From: Phyllobates terribilis
Lineage: Eukaryota
Direction of reading: 5' to 3'
DNA length: 64,000 nt
Assembly: GCF_046119375.1 (NCBI RefSeq)
Contig: NW_027362764.1
Span: 707,606,001-707,670,000 of the forward strand
Position numbers and translations under genes: made by a program. Positions 23,735 to 36,176 of the stretch are shown here, in pieces (position 1 is the first letter of the stretch; the number at the start of each line of letters is the position of its first letter). The notes beneath the pieces are model-generated. The model was given only the letters and a program-made list of their open reading frames with translations, was not told the origin of the DNA and ran no database searches.

Positions 23735-24105
23735 GTGTATCCACCTGACTTCTGCACAACACAACTGATGGTCCCAATCCCATTTATAAGGCAAGAAATC
23801 CCACTAATTAAACCTGACAGGGCACACCTGTGAAGTGAAAACCATTTCCGGTGACTACCTCTTGAAGCTCATCAAGAGATTGCCAAGAGTGTGCAAAGCA
23901 GTCATCAAAGCAAAAGGTGGCTACTTTGAAGAACCTAGAATATAAGACATATTTTCAGTTGTTTCACACTTTTTTGTTAAGTATATAATTCCACATGTGT
24001 TAATTCATAGTTTTGACGCCTTCAGTCTGAATGTACAATTTTCATAGTCATGACAATACAGAAAAATCTTTAAATGAGGTGTGTCCAAACTTTTGGTCTG
24101 TACTG
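23735..24105 (+). mobile_element. Tc1 deletion-derivative right end
   Basis: C-terminal remnant LPRVCKAVIKAKGGYFEE; ends GTGTCCAAACTTTTGGTCTGTACTG then TA. Confidence 0.75.
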
Positions 24106-24146
24106 TACATTACAAATTTTAAATTCTCATCTGCTTTCCTGCTACT

Positions 24147-24701
24147 TTAAAAAGATTTGGATTTTTTAGCCCAAAAATCTGGGCAGAAGACAACTGTCGC
24201 TCGTCCTGGTCCTGCTCCCCCCTTCTTCTTAAGATCACCGTCCTCCTTCTTACTTCGTGTGGATGACGCGTCCCTCCGTCAACCACACAGTCTCCCCGGC
24301 ATCGCGATCCTGCTCAGGCGTACCTTTCTGCCCTGTTGAAGGCAGAGCAAAGTACTGCAGTGCGCAGGCGCCAGGGTTCTTTGACCTTTCCTGGCGCCTT
24401 GTCAGGGCAGAGACGCACACCTGCACAGGAGCGCAATGCCGGGGAGACTGTGTGGATGACGAAGAGACGCGTCACCTTCACGGAGTAAGAAGGAGGACGG
24501 CGATTGTAAGAAGATGGGAGGCGCCGGACCAGGACAAGCGACACCCATCGGGCCGGACCACCACCCAGGTGAGTATAATAAAAGCTCTTTTTCTTCTCGG
24601 GTTGGGGGCTTATATACAGCATTATAGAATGCAGTATATCATGCATGAAAGGTGATGACCGTATCTGATATCGGCCAAACCTGGTGACAGGTTCCCTTTA
24701 A
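24147..24701. mobile_element. TTAA-ended T2/Kolobok-type MITE (left end degraded)
   Basis: Right end TGACAGGTTCCCTTTAA, same terminus as 44289-44718. Confidence 0.55.
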
Positions 24702-25554
24702 ACTAAGCATTAAAGGAAAGGAGATTCAGGTAGAAATTGATACAAAATAAACCAAAACAAGCATTCTAGGTTTAGTAATTCAACATCATGTATATTACAC
24801 ATTTTTTGGCTGCTATTTTACTAGTTGTAATTAATATATGCATACACCAAAAAGCTTAAAAAATTCTAAAATTGTTCACTCTCTAAAAAGCAAATAACGA
24901 AAATAAGCAAATAACGAAAATAAAGAAAATATGCGCCGAAGACTGAAAAAACGAGCGCACTGTCTACATCAACACTGGGGAACTGTACTGACCTTTGGTA
25001 CAAAGAAAACATTTTCTGTGATGAGACATATACACGGCTCACATGGGGATTGTAATCATTCAAAGAATGTCTTCTAATAATAAACAGAATCCTCAAATAG
25101 GTAGAAGAGAAAACATAGCGATGCGCTTGCATATGCCGGGGCAATTAGCTTGGCTAGAAATCAGCTCAGCAGTGCATTGATTACAGTTGATGTCTGTCAG
25201 GAAATTACCAGTCTGAGAATCGGAGCAGTCACAATATTTTATTAGAATATATACCAGTCAATAAATGTTTGAGCAATTGCACACACAGTTCATCGAAAAG
25301 CAACCAAATAACACATTCCGAGACTATGTGAAAAATCTACTCCACTTTATTTGTTGAGTCATAGCACTGGTAGTGAGATCCTATTGATTCTTCCATAGAT
25401 TCAGAAGTAAAGCTTAAAGGGGTTGTCTGACATTACAAAAAAAAATTCAGAAGGAAAAATAATTAGAGAAGATATATGTGTTGGTCTCTAGTGGGACAGG
25501 AAGTGATGTTCTTCAGTCACCTGATCCCTCAGCCAATCTCAGGCCATAGCAAGC

Positions 25555-26004
25555 AAGTGACTAAAGACCTGTACGGGAACTATGGGGGTTCGAGGTGAAC
25601 AAATAGATTCAAGGGCCTCTGGTCCAGAGTCTAGGTTAGCCAAGTCAGTGGTATCTGGCGGCTAGAAAGAAAGACTCAATCAGGTAACTAAAGACCTGTA
25701 CTGGAACTATGGGGGTTACAGGTGAGCGGATAGATTCAAGGGCCTCCGCTCCAGCGTCCAGGTCAGTCAAGTCAGTGGTATCTGGCGGCTAGACTGAAGG
25801 CTCACGAATCTCTTACCTTTCAGCGGCCATATATTTGATTTATCGGGGCTGGCGTGACATCATCTTTGCACCAGGGACGCCAGAAGGTAAGATATTCGCG
25901 GGCCTCCCGTCTAGCCGCCAGATACCACTGACTTGACTGACCTGGACGCTGGAGCGGAGACCCTTGAATCTACCCGCTCACCTCTAACCCCCATTAGTTC
26001 CAGC
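25555..26004. repeat. Foldback element with one arm tandemly duplicated
   Basis: About 127-bp unit at 25560 and 25687; inverted copy at about 25880-26004. Confidence 0.8.
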
Positions 26005-26913
26005 CATCATCTGCCTCTAACAGCAACAAACATAGCCTGACTGACAGGTCACTCATTTTTCAGAGACAGCAGGCAGACAGCGGGTGGAGAATAATGAAAA
26101 AGGGAGGAAACCTATCAGTGCAATGTCCGCCCACTGCACTTGCATCTCATTATTATACAATTTCAACTATGGATTTCTCTAAAACAGAAAAATAGATTTC
26201 TACAAGCAAGGTGAGAATTTACACAGCATAAAAGAAACTTTACATACATCGCATTAGATTAGGGTATAAAATCCTGAATCTCTTGTTTGTATAGAAACTT
26301 ATACTATATATACCATATAATTATTTTTGTGGGAGGGGTGTGTGGTGGGGAGCAAAAAAAAATATGTAAGCAATTTACTAATATTTTCTCAGGTTATGAA
26401 CTCTATAGAGCGCAATAGGCTAAGCTGCTGGATAATAACGATTCTCTATAGAAGATATTCTATTGGTACAAAGATAAAGGCCCTATGACGATCCTGCAAA
26501 TAACCGCTTCAGGTAGGATAAATTAGTTTACTTTGTAAAGAAAAAGTGAAATTTCAGCTTCACTGAAGGATATCCGGCTGTGTATTAGATAAAGCAATAT
26601 TGGTTACACATGGTAAATTCCTTACTTACGGCAGCATAAAAAAAGATTCAGCCTAATGCATATTTTATTCTTTCCTGGATTGAAAGCATTTCTGGGGAAT
26701 TTATTAACTAATGAAAGCACGCTGGAGCTCAATGAGGTTTTCTTACTTCCGAAATTGGACAAATTAAAATAAATGATTATTTACAGCTCTTTGTGACCGG
26801 CACATACAGGGGTTTTAGCAGAAACGTCACTGCTTAGATGGGAAATGTAGAATCAGCCTTGTTATAATAAAACTGTCCTCAATGTTTACTTTTTACTGCA
26901 GTTTTGGATTTGC

Positions 26914-27495
26914 TTAAAGGGGTTGTCTCAAAATTTAAACTTCTCACCTATCCTGTTAATACATGAAAGAATAGTCTTATAGTCCTGATTAGTGATGAGC
27001 GAGCGTGCTTGTTTAACCCTTTCACCGAGCATACTCGGGTGCTTACCGAGTAACTTCGGCATGCTCGTATATTATGTTCGAGTCCCTGCGTCTGCATGAT
27101 TTACCGCTTTTAGACAGCCTCAACACATGCAGGGATTGCCTGTTTGTTAGGGAATCCTCACGTATTGAGGCTGTCTTACAGCTGTAAATCATGCAGACGC
27201 AGGGACTCGAACCTAATATACGAGCACGCCGAAGATACTCGGCAAGCACCCGAGCATGCTCGATTAAAGGGTTAAATGAGCACACTTGCTCATCACTAGT
27301 CCTGATATATAGTCTTATAGAAAATGAATGGAGCAGCAGCGAGCAGGTGCGACCGAGCTCCATGAACAGAGGCGACTTGGGGACCCCACTTACTTATGAT
27401 CAGTGGAAGTCCCAGAGGTCAGGGCAAGAAGTGATCAAACATGTGTCTCCTATTCCACGGATAGGTGATGTTTTGATTTTGGAACAACCCCTGTA
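26914..27495. mobile_element. TTAA-type MITE hosting a hAT MITE
   Basis: TTAAAGGGGTTGTC ... GAACAACCCCTGTA ends. Confidence 0.6.
26990..27298. mobile_element. Palindromic hAT MITE with the same TIR type as 11441-18022
   Basis: TAGTGATGAGCGAG / CTTGCTCATCACTA; perfect 8-bp TSD GTCCTGAT. Confidence 0.9.
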
Positions 27496-27878
27496 GTGTA
27501 AACCATGCATACAGATGTGTTATTGTTCCATACAACCTCATACTTAAACAGGCGATAGGACTCTAATTTTATAGGGACAAAAAGTAGCATGCTCTGTCAG
27601 CGGTACAGTATTTTGCACTAAAAGTATTGCTACTAGCAGGATGTGGCGGTACAAACAAGTGTAGTACGGAGGAGCCATAAGGACTTCATTCACTGAAGCA
27701 CAGGTTCATTACATGTGGTAGTGACAATGGAGCCTAAATCTGCCCAGGCTTGGTCTTATACTAGATATTGCCACAAAAAATACTTTCTGTTGGCACTTTA
27801 TTATATATGTAATATCGTACAATTTGCCTAAATAACAATGCTATATAGTGATGCCACCACTGTACACTGCAAAATAAC

Positions 27879-28302
27879 TGTTAGAACTCTCCTGTTAGGT
27901 TTTTTCTATTATGCTGGTCACATGACCGTTTTTGCCTATTTAATCCTGCTCCGCTCTTCTGGCCTTGCTGGACTTCATTGTAATTTCTACTCTTAAGCTA
28001 GCCAGGTGCTTTGTTACCTTTCTCAGTCAGTTTAGTTAGGTCTTTTGACCTCTATGTTCTATGTTGTGTGTTTGTCTTTTTACTGCTACAATTTCTGCTA
28101 GGAGGTGTCCATCTTTCTCCCAGTCCCTAGTTCTTGTAGGGATCCCTCCCTCACATCTATAGGTCTTGGTTCAGACTAGCTGAGGACTTTAGCGGGTCTG
28201 ATCGCAGGATCAGGTTCCCCGTTACATCATAGGGATCTAGCTTAGTTCTATTGTAGGGACAGATCTCCTGTCTTTCCTTAGTGCTTGTAGCAGATCATAA
28301 CA
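27879..28302 (+). repeat. Outer element 5' LTR
   Basis: TGTTAG...ATAACA; TATTTAA at 27937. Confidence 0.93.
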
Positions 28303-29010
28303 GTAAGTCCAGCCCAAAAAATTTCTCTAAGGAAAGACCTCCAGTTTCCATTATGGTGTTGGTTCAGGATTTGGCTCAATGCCTGCGGGGACTCTCTCTG
28401 GAGGTGGCCGAGCTCCAACAACACATGAGTAGCTGTTCTGGAGCGCATTTTGTGGAGCCAAAGGTACGATTGCCTGATTTATTTTTTGGTGAACAACAAG
28501 ATTTTTTTTCCTTTAAAAATGCTTGTTTATTGTATTTTCGTTTGAGACCCAGATCCTCTGGTGATGAATCACAGCGCATAGGGTTCATAATGTCACTTTT
28601 GCGCAAAGAACCTCAGGGATGGGCCTTTTCTCTCCAACCTAGTGATCCGTGCTTTAGATCAGTGGATAGTTTTTTTTCTGCTTTGGGGTTGTTGTATGAT
28701 GATCCTGATCGTGTCTCATCAGCTGAGACGGAATTGAGACATTTGAGGCAGGGATCAGGTAATGTGGAAAATTATTGTACTCACTTCCGTCAGTGGTCTA
28801 CTCAGGTGGGGTGGAACGATTCAGCTCTGAAAAGTTTGTTTCTTGCTGGGCTAGGTGAAAGGGTTAAGGATCTGCTGATTGCTTATCCTACACCTGGAAA
28901 CTTGCAGGAGGCAATGCAATTAGCTATACGGGTGGACAGGAGACTGCGTGCAAGGGTTAATGAGCGTAAATCCTCTGCCATGTCAGCCCCGAGTCTTGAG
29001 AGGGTCTGTA

Positions 29011-32000
29011 TGTTATGTTCTGCTACCAGAGCTAAGGAAAGAGAGGAGATCTGTCCCTACGATAGAACTCAGCTGAATCCCTACGATGTAACAGGGGACC
29101 TGATCCTGCGATCAGACCTGCTAAAGTCCTAAGCTAGTCTGTACGGAGACCTATAGATGTGGGGATGGAATCCCTACAAGTACTAAGGACTGGGAGGAAA
29201 ATGGACACCTCCTAACAGAAATAGTAGCAGACAGACGAACAAACAAAATATATAGAACATAGAGGTCCGTAGACCAAGCAAACTAACAGAGTTGGATACA
29301 GAGCACAGGCTAGCTAGAAAGTAGTAATACAATGAAGTCCAGCAAAGCCAGAAGGGCGGAGCAGGATTAAATAGGCCAACAAGGTCATGTGACCAGCAAA
29401 GGAAAAAACCTAAGAGCAAGGTTCTAACAGTACCCCCCCTTCTAAGAGGATCCTCCGGATCCCCTAGGACCAGGCTTATCGGGAAATCTCCTGTGAAACG
29501 CTCTGATAAGTCTGGATGCGGAAACATCATCTGACCTCACCCAAGAGTTATCCTCGGGTCCGAAACCTTTCCAGGCCACAAGATACTGCAAACTACCTCT
29601 ATACCGTCTAGAGTTAAGGATGCGAGAAATTTCATATTCCCCGTCCTCCACCACCGGAGGAACAGAGGCAGAGGCGTCACCATCCGACACAACAGCTTTT
29701 TTTAACAGAGAGACATGAAATACCGGATTAATTCTCCAGGAGGTAGGAACCTCCAACCTAACAGCAGATTGGTTGACAACCTGAAGCACCTTAAAGGGCC
29801 CTACAAACTTGGGACCCAATTTCTTAGAAGGAATCCTCAACCGCAGATTCCTAGAGGACAACCAAACCATGTCACCAACAGCGAACAAAACCTCCTGTCG
29901 TTTCCTATCAAAGTAGTCTTTAGATTTTCTGTTGGCCTCCTGAAGATTACCACGCACATCCGTCCAAACTCTCTCCAAATCACCGGAAAAATTCTCCTCC
30001 TCAGGCACGGCAGATCCCAACTTGGAGAACGACCCAAACGACGGATGTCTCCCAGAACAACAAAAAAAAGGCGAACAACCAGCAGAAGAAGATGTATGAT
30101 TGTTCAGAGCAAATTCAGCAAGTGGCAGAAACTCAGACCACCCCTCTTGATTGTCTGCCACAAAACAACGCAAGAACTGCTCAACATCCTGGTTTTTCCT
30201 TTCTGTCTGGCCATTAGATTCAGGATGATATCCGGACGAGAACGATAAATGAACTCCCAACCTGTCACAAAAGGCACGCCAAAAACGAGCCACGAACTGA
30301 GGACCCCTATCAGAAACAATGTCAGTAGGAACGCCATGAAGTCTGACAATTTCCTTGACAAAGGCCTTAGCGAGAGTTTTAGCGCAGGGCAGTTTGACGA
30401 AGGGAACCAAGTGACACATCTTGCTAAAACGGTCCACGACCACCCAGATGACAGTAAAACCCTCAGAGGGGGGAAGGTCAGTTATAAAGTCCATAGCCAA
30501 ATGTGTCCAAGGAGCACTGGGAACCTCCAAAGGACAAAGCAACCCCGCAGCAGGAGTATGTGAGGACTTAGATCTAGCACATATAGTACATTGACGCACC
30601 CACTTAATGACTTCCTTCTGCCATCCAGGCCACCAAAAACTGCGACCCACCAGTCTCTTGGTCTCAGAGATTCCGGGATGACCTGCCAACCGAGATTCGT
30701 GACACTCAACAAACAAATCTCTCCTAAAGGTCCCAGGCACAAACAACCTCCCATGAGGAGTGTTAGATGGGGCATTCTCCTGTGCTTTAAGAATCTCATC
30801 TTCCAAAACGGAGTCCAAAGCAGCTATCACAACACCTTCTTGTAAAATGTTCTCCTCTTTCTCAGCACCGACTATGGGAGAAAAACTGCGAGACAAGGCA
30901 TCCGCCTTAACATTCTTAGTACCAGGGATGTAAGTAACGGAGAAATTAAACCGCGAGAAAAACAGTGCCCACCTAGCCTGACGGGCATTCAGGCGCTTGG
31001 CAGCATCAAGATATATCAGATTTTTATGATCCGTAAGAACCTGAACGGGAAATTCCGCACCTTCCAAGAAGTGGCGCCAGTGTTCAAATGCGAGTTTAAT
31101 AGCCAATAATTCCCGATTACCAATATCGTAATTCAGTTCAGTCTCCGAAAATTTTTTTGAAAAAAAAGCACAGGGATGTAATCCATCCCCGTTATCCTGA
31201 GACAATACTGCGCCAACCCCCACAGAGGAAGCATCAACCTCAACCAAAAACGGCTTAGTCACATCAGGCTGCATAAGGATGGGAGCAGAGGTGAACCTCT
31301 CCTTGAGATACACAAAAGCTTCAATAGCCTCAGAAGACCACTGAACCGCATCAGCACCTTTCCTGGTGAGATCGGTCAGAGGTTTGACAATACTAGAAAA
31401 ATTTTTTATGAATTTTCTGTAATAATTGGCGAAACCTAAAAACCTCTGGATCGATTTCAAACCAATAGGCCTAGGCCATTCCTGTACAGCTTGAACTTTA
31501 ACCGGGTCCATCTCAAAACCTTCGCTGGAGATAATGTAACCCAAAAAACTAATTCTCTGTACAGCGAACTCACATTTCTCCAGCTTAGCAAAAAGCGAAT
31601 TGTCCATTAACAACTGTAATACCTCACGTACGCTCCGCCAATGAGACTCCAGATCCGGCGAATAAATCAAAATGTCATCCAAATACACAACCACATTTTT
31701 GCCGATCAAAGGTCTAAGGATGTCATTAATAAGATTCTGAAAAAATGCAGGAGCATTGGTAAGACCAAAAGGCATCACCAGATTCTCAAAATGACCCACA
31801 GGAGTGTTAAAAGCAGTCTTCCATTCATCACCCTCCTTCATGCGCAACAGATTGTATGCCCCCTTAAGGTCAATTTTAGAGAACCACTTGGCCCCCATTA
31901 ACTGGTTAAATAAATCAGGAATCAATGGCAGTGGGTAAGGATTGCGTACAGTAATTTTGTTAATCTCCCGAAAATCCAGACAAGGACGTAAACCGCCGTC

Positions 32001-33976
32001 CTTTTTTTTTACAAAAAAAAATCCAACCGCCACAGGAGACTTAGAAGGCCTAATGTGACCGGCGGCCAAACTTGTCTGTATGTATTCCTCCAAAGCCTTC
32101 CTCTCAGGAATAGTAAGGTTAAATAAACGACTTTTAGGAAGAGTCGCTCCAGGGACAAATTCAATAGAACAATCATAGTCTCTATGGGGAGGCAAAACCT
32201 GCGATTCCTTCTCAGAAAAAACTCTCCAAAAATCCTGAATAGGAACAGGCAATTCTCCCCTATCCAAAGCTGCAATACGCCCGTTACAACACTTGTCATA
32301 ACATTTATGGCTCCAGGATTTAATTTCACTGGTAGACCAATCCAGTACAGGATTGTGAAATTTTAACCAGGGCAATCCCAATATTACTGGAGAAGGCAAG
32401 TTATTCAACACTACCAAATCCAATTTCTCATGGTGAACACCATTAATAGTGAGAGGAAATTCACAGACCTTGAGAGTAATATTCTTCAAAGGGGAACCAT
32501 CCACAGAAACCACAGCAATGGGGGATGATAAAGGTTTGGGTTTTAAATTGAGTCTTTCCAAGAATCCCCCATCAATTACATTCAGAGTAGACCCACAATC
32601 GACAAACACCCGAAATTCCATTAATTTTTCCTGAGCAATCGTGGAAGCAGCTAAAAATACACCCTTGGAATTTAAACAGGCAATACGGGCATGACTGACC
32701 ATTTTTTTTTCTTTCTTCATACGAAGCTCACAGCCTTTAATCAAATGACCAGATTTTCCGCAATAGAAACACAAGCCTTCAAAAAGTCTACGGTCTTTTT
32801 CTTGAGAGCGAGGTGCCACCGATCCAATCTCCATCGGTTCACCACTGTTAGTACACTCATTCTCATAACCAAAAACTGACATAGCAGAGGATTTGCTCTC
32901 ATTAACCCTTGCACGCAGTCTTCTATCCACCCGTATAGCTAATTGCATAGCCTGTTGCAAATCTTCAGGTGTAGGATAAGCAATTAGCAGGTCTTTAACC
33001 CTTTCATTGAGCCCAGCAAGAAATAGACTTTTCAGAGCAGAATCGTTCCACCCTGTTTGAGTAGACCATCGACGGAAATGAGTACAATATTTTTCCACAT
33101 TACCTGATCCCTGTCTCAAACGTCTTAACTCAGTCTCAGCTGATGCGACACGGTCAGGATCATCATATAATAGCCCCAAAGCAGAAAAAAAACTATCCAC
33201 TGATCTGAAGCATGTATCACTAGTTTGCAAAGAAAAGGCCCACTCCTGAGGCTCTTTGCGCAAAAGTGACATTATGAACCCTATGCGCTGGGATTCATCC
33301 CCAGAGGACTTGGGTCTCAAACGAAAATATAATAAGCAAGCATTTTTAAATGAAAAAAATTCTCGGTGTTCACCAAAAAATAAATCCGGCAAACATACCT
33401 TAGGCTCCAAGAAATGTGCTCCAGGACAGTTACTCACGTGCTGACGGAGCTCGGCCACCTCCAGAGAGAGTCCCTGCAGGCGATGAGCCAAATCCTGAAC
33501 CGACACCATGATGGAACAGAAAAATCTTTCCTTAGAGAATTTGCAGGCTGGACTTACTGTTATGTTCTGCTACCAGAGCTAAGGAAAGAGAGGAGATCTG
33601 TCCCTACGATAGAACTCAGCTGAATCCCTACGATGTAACAGGGGACCTGATCCTGCGATCAGACCTGCTAAAGTCCTAAGCTAGTCTGTACGGAGACCTA
33701 TAGATGTGGGGATGGAATCCCTACAAGTACTAAGGACTGGGAGGAAAATGGACACCTCCTAACAGAAATAGTAGCAGACAGACGAACAAACAAAATATAT
33801 AGAACATAGAGGTCCGTAGACCAAGCAAACTAACAGAGTTGGATACAGAGCACAGGCTAGCTAGAAAGTAGTAATACAATGAAGTCCAGCAAAGCCAGAA
33901 GGGCGGAGCAGGATTAAATAGGCCAACAAGGTCATGTGACCAGCAAAGGAAAAAACCTAAGAGCAAGGTTCTAACA
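29011..33976 (-). mobile_element. Intact full-length Gypsy chromovirus inserted antisense in the gag of its relative
   Basis: 419-bp LTRs 29011-29429 and 33558-33976 with no difference seen; perfect 5-bp TSD CTGTA; PPT next to 29430. Confidence 0.96.
29442..33509 (-). CDS. gag-pol: Gag-PR-RT-RNase H-integrase-chromodomain polyprotein (1355 aa)
   Basis: Single ORF: CFYCGKSGHLIKGC, FVDCGS, YLDDIL, VEVDASS, HHCC finger, DFITD/VSDRG/ERKNQ core, GPF motif, YLVAWKGFGPEDNSW. Confidence 0.96.
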   Translation of the reverse strand: MVSVQDLAHRLQGLSLEVAELRQHVSNCPGAHFLEPKVCLPDLFFGEHREFFSFKNACLLYFRLRPKSSGDESQRIGFIMSLLRKEPQEWAFSLQTSDTCFRSVDSFFSALGLLYDDPDRVASAETELRRLRQGSGNVEKYCTHFRRWSTQTGWNDSALKSLFLAGLNERVKDLLIAYPTPEDLQQAMQLAIRVDRRLRARVNESKSSAMSVFGYENECTNSGEPMEIGSVAPRSQEKDRRLFEGLCFYCGKSGHLIKGCELRMKKEKKMVSHARIACLNSKGVFLAASTIAQEKLMEFRVFVDCGSTLNVIDGGFLERLNLKPKPLSSPIAVVSVDGSPLKNITLKVCEFPLTINGVHHEKLDLVVLNNLPSPVILGLPWLKFHNPVLDWSTSEIKSWSHKCYDKCCNGRIAALDRGELPVPIQDFWRVFSEKESQVLPPHRDYDCSIEFVPGATLPKSRLFNLTIPERKALEEYIQTSLAAGHIRPSKSPVAVGFFFVKKKDGGLRPCLDFREINKITVRNPYPLPLIPDLFNQLMGAKWFSKIDLKGAYNLLRMKEGDEWKTAFNTPVGHFENLVMPFGLTNAPAFFQNLINDILRPLIGKNVVVYLDDILIYSPDLESHWRSVREVLQLLMDNSLFAKLEKCEFAVQRISFLGYIISSEGFEMDPVKVQAVQEWPRPIGLKSIQRFLGFANYYRKFIKNFSSIVKPLTDLTRKGADAVQWSSEAIEAFVYLKERFTSAPILMQPDVTKPFLVEVDASSVGVGAVLSQDNGDGLHPCAFFSKKFSETELNYDIGNRELLAIKLAFEHWRHFLEGAEFPVQVLTDHKNLIYLDAAKRLNARQARWALFFSRFNFSVTYIPGTKNVKADALSRSFSPIVGAEKEENILQEGVVIAALDSVLEDEILKAQENAPSNTPHGRLFVPGTFRRDLFVECHESRLAGHPGISETKRLVGRSFWWPGWQKEVIKWVRQCTICARSKSSHTPAAGLLCPLEVPSAPWTHLAMDFITDLPPSEGFTVIWVVVDRFSKMCHLVPFVKLPCAKTLAKAFVKEIVRLHGVPTDIVSDRGPQFVARFWRAFCDRLGVHLSFSSGYHPESNGQTERKNQDVEQFLRCFVADNQEGWSEFLPLAEFALNNHTSSSAGCSPFFCCSGRHPSFGSFSKLGSAVPEEENFSGDLERVWTDVRGNLQEANRKSKDYFDRKRQEVLFAVGDMVWLSSRNLRLRIPSKKLGPKFVGPFKVLQVVNQSAVRLEVPTSWRINPVFHVSLLKKAVVSDGDASASVPPVVEDGEYEISRILNSRRYRGSLQYLVAWKGFGPEDNSWVRSDDVSASRLIRAFHRRFPDKPGPRGSGGSS

Positions 33977-34705
33977 CTGTACTGACACTGGAGAGCCGAT
34001 GGAGATTGGGGCGATGTCACCCCGCTCTCAGGAAAAAGACCGCAGGTTTTCTGAAGGTTTGTGCTTTTATTGCGGCAAATCTGACCATTTCATTAAGAAC
34101 TGTGTGCTTCGTATGAACAAAGAAAAAAAAAAGGTCAGTTACGCCCGTATAGCCTGTTTAAACACTAAGGGTGTATTTCTTTCTGCTACTACCGCAGCTC
34201 AGGAAGAATTAATTGAATTTCAGGTATTTGTGGATTGTGGTTCAACTCTGAATGTGATTGATGGGGGATTCTTGGAAAAACTTAATTTAAAACCCAAACC
34301 TTTATCATCCCCTATTGCCGTGGTTTCTGTCGATGGCTCTCCCTTGAAATGTGTTACTCACAAGGTTTATGAATTTCCCCTCACTATTAATGGTATTCAC
34401 CAAGAAAATTTGGATTTGGTGGTATTAAATAATTTGCCTTCTCCAGTAGTTTTGGGGTTGCCCTGGTTAAAATTGCACAATCCTGTACTGGATTGGTCTA
34501 CCAATGAAATGAAGTAAAATAAACAATAAAGACCAAGCTCAACTATGGACAAGACGGGTGCCAGGAATACAACAAATGCATCCGTGTAAATAAAGATTCC
34601 GGCACACCAAATAATATGGAAAAAGTCTCATATAGGTAATGAAATAATAGATGCTTTATTTCTCCAACATAAACTGGTTCATATAGTAGTCAGTATACAG
34701 TTGCC

Positions 34706-34746
34706 TGCCCAACGTTTCAACCCCAACGGGGTTTTCCTCAGGGGCA
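34706..34746 (-). ncRNA. Mirror hammerhead ribozyme
   Basis: Exact reverse complement of 39233-39273. Confidence 0.75.
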
Positions 34747-36176
34747 TCAAAGGAGCTTCAAAACCAGAAAATAAACAAAATAAAGACATAAGTGTGACAC
34801 AAAATAAAAGACGATACAATGAGTAATATACAACAAAATAGGCATATGTGAACGGAGCAAGACAAGGGGGAAAGAAAGGGAGTAGGGGGGGGGAGAAAAG
34901 AGAAGGGGGGGGAATCGGGGAGAACAATGGGAGTAAAAGGAAGGGGGAACAATGTGCATACAGAACAAACGAACGGATTGATGTAGAAATAAAAAGGAAA
35001 AGGATACCTAGTTGCTATGCGCTGATTAATATCTGGGAGAAAATCCCAGTGGTAGTGGAGAAACTCAGGGGAAAATAAAGAGAACCAGTCTTGGTAGTGG
35101 TAAGGGAAAACAGGGGATCAGCCGGCAAAATAGCTGTAAACAGACGGCAAAGGGAAAATGAGACACCAGTAGTCAGAATAAAACCAGTATCCAAACACAA
35201 GAGATGACTTGCCTTAAGTGAGGGAAGGTCAAAAATGCAGAAGTCTGAGGGAATAGCCAAGGAGACCTGCCTGCGGGGTAAGGTAGGTAGACCTGAGGGT
35301 AAAGAAAGGGGGTAAAAACTGGAGACTATGGGGACATATGGGATGCCACGCATAGAGGGCTCTTACCTATATGTGGAAATGGAGCAAAAGTCCGGCCGTT
35401 GGTGGTGTAGTATCTAGAGCGTTGGCGGTATTATAAGTGCTGTGAGGCTTCCTGCTTCCGGAGCGCGGGGACGCAACTTCCGGTTAGGTGGAACGCAACA
35501 TCCGGTGGCGTGGAACGCATAAACGCGCATGCGCGCGGTCAAAAGGGAGAGAAATACAGGAAGGAATGAAGGCACAGCGGCGCGTGCGCGGGATATGAAT
35601 AAAGGAGCAGGGAACCTCAAAGAGGAAATAAGAGACAGGGGGAGCAGAGGCACCAAAAGAATGGGGGTAAAAATTGGATAAGGGGGAGGAGAAAAAAGGG
35701 AAGAAAAGACCAAAAATAGGTAAAGAAAAGGGGCAAAACAGAGGAATAAAAGTAAAAATTAAAGTAATAAATGATAAGAGGGGAAGGCAGGGAAGACATA
35801 CACAATAAGGATATGACGGTATCTGTAGGGAGAGAGAAAGGGGGAGGGGGGAATGGATGTATAGAATAATAGAAATGTATATATATAGCAATGTGAAAGG
35901 AAAACAGGGGAAATACATGTTATACAAAGTGCATGTCACATAACATCTGCAATATAATAAATGATCCGGTGCAATATGAAAATTATTATATACAGTGACA
36001 AAAAGGATATATCCGGTTCAAATATGTAGGGTCTGTGAAAGAAGTAAAAATATAATATAAGAAATACAGACAAAGCGAAAATCATGGGCAATAAGTAAAA
36101 TTAAACCTATCTACCTGTATAAACCTCGGGAAGAGCAAAGGAACCACATTGGTAAGATAATAAAAGAGAAGGTATC

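Noticed and set aside
28281-29132. 283-aa ORF as an independent gene
   Set aside because: Outer gag reading into the antisense LTR of the inserted element
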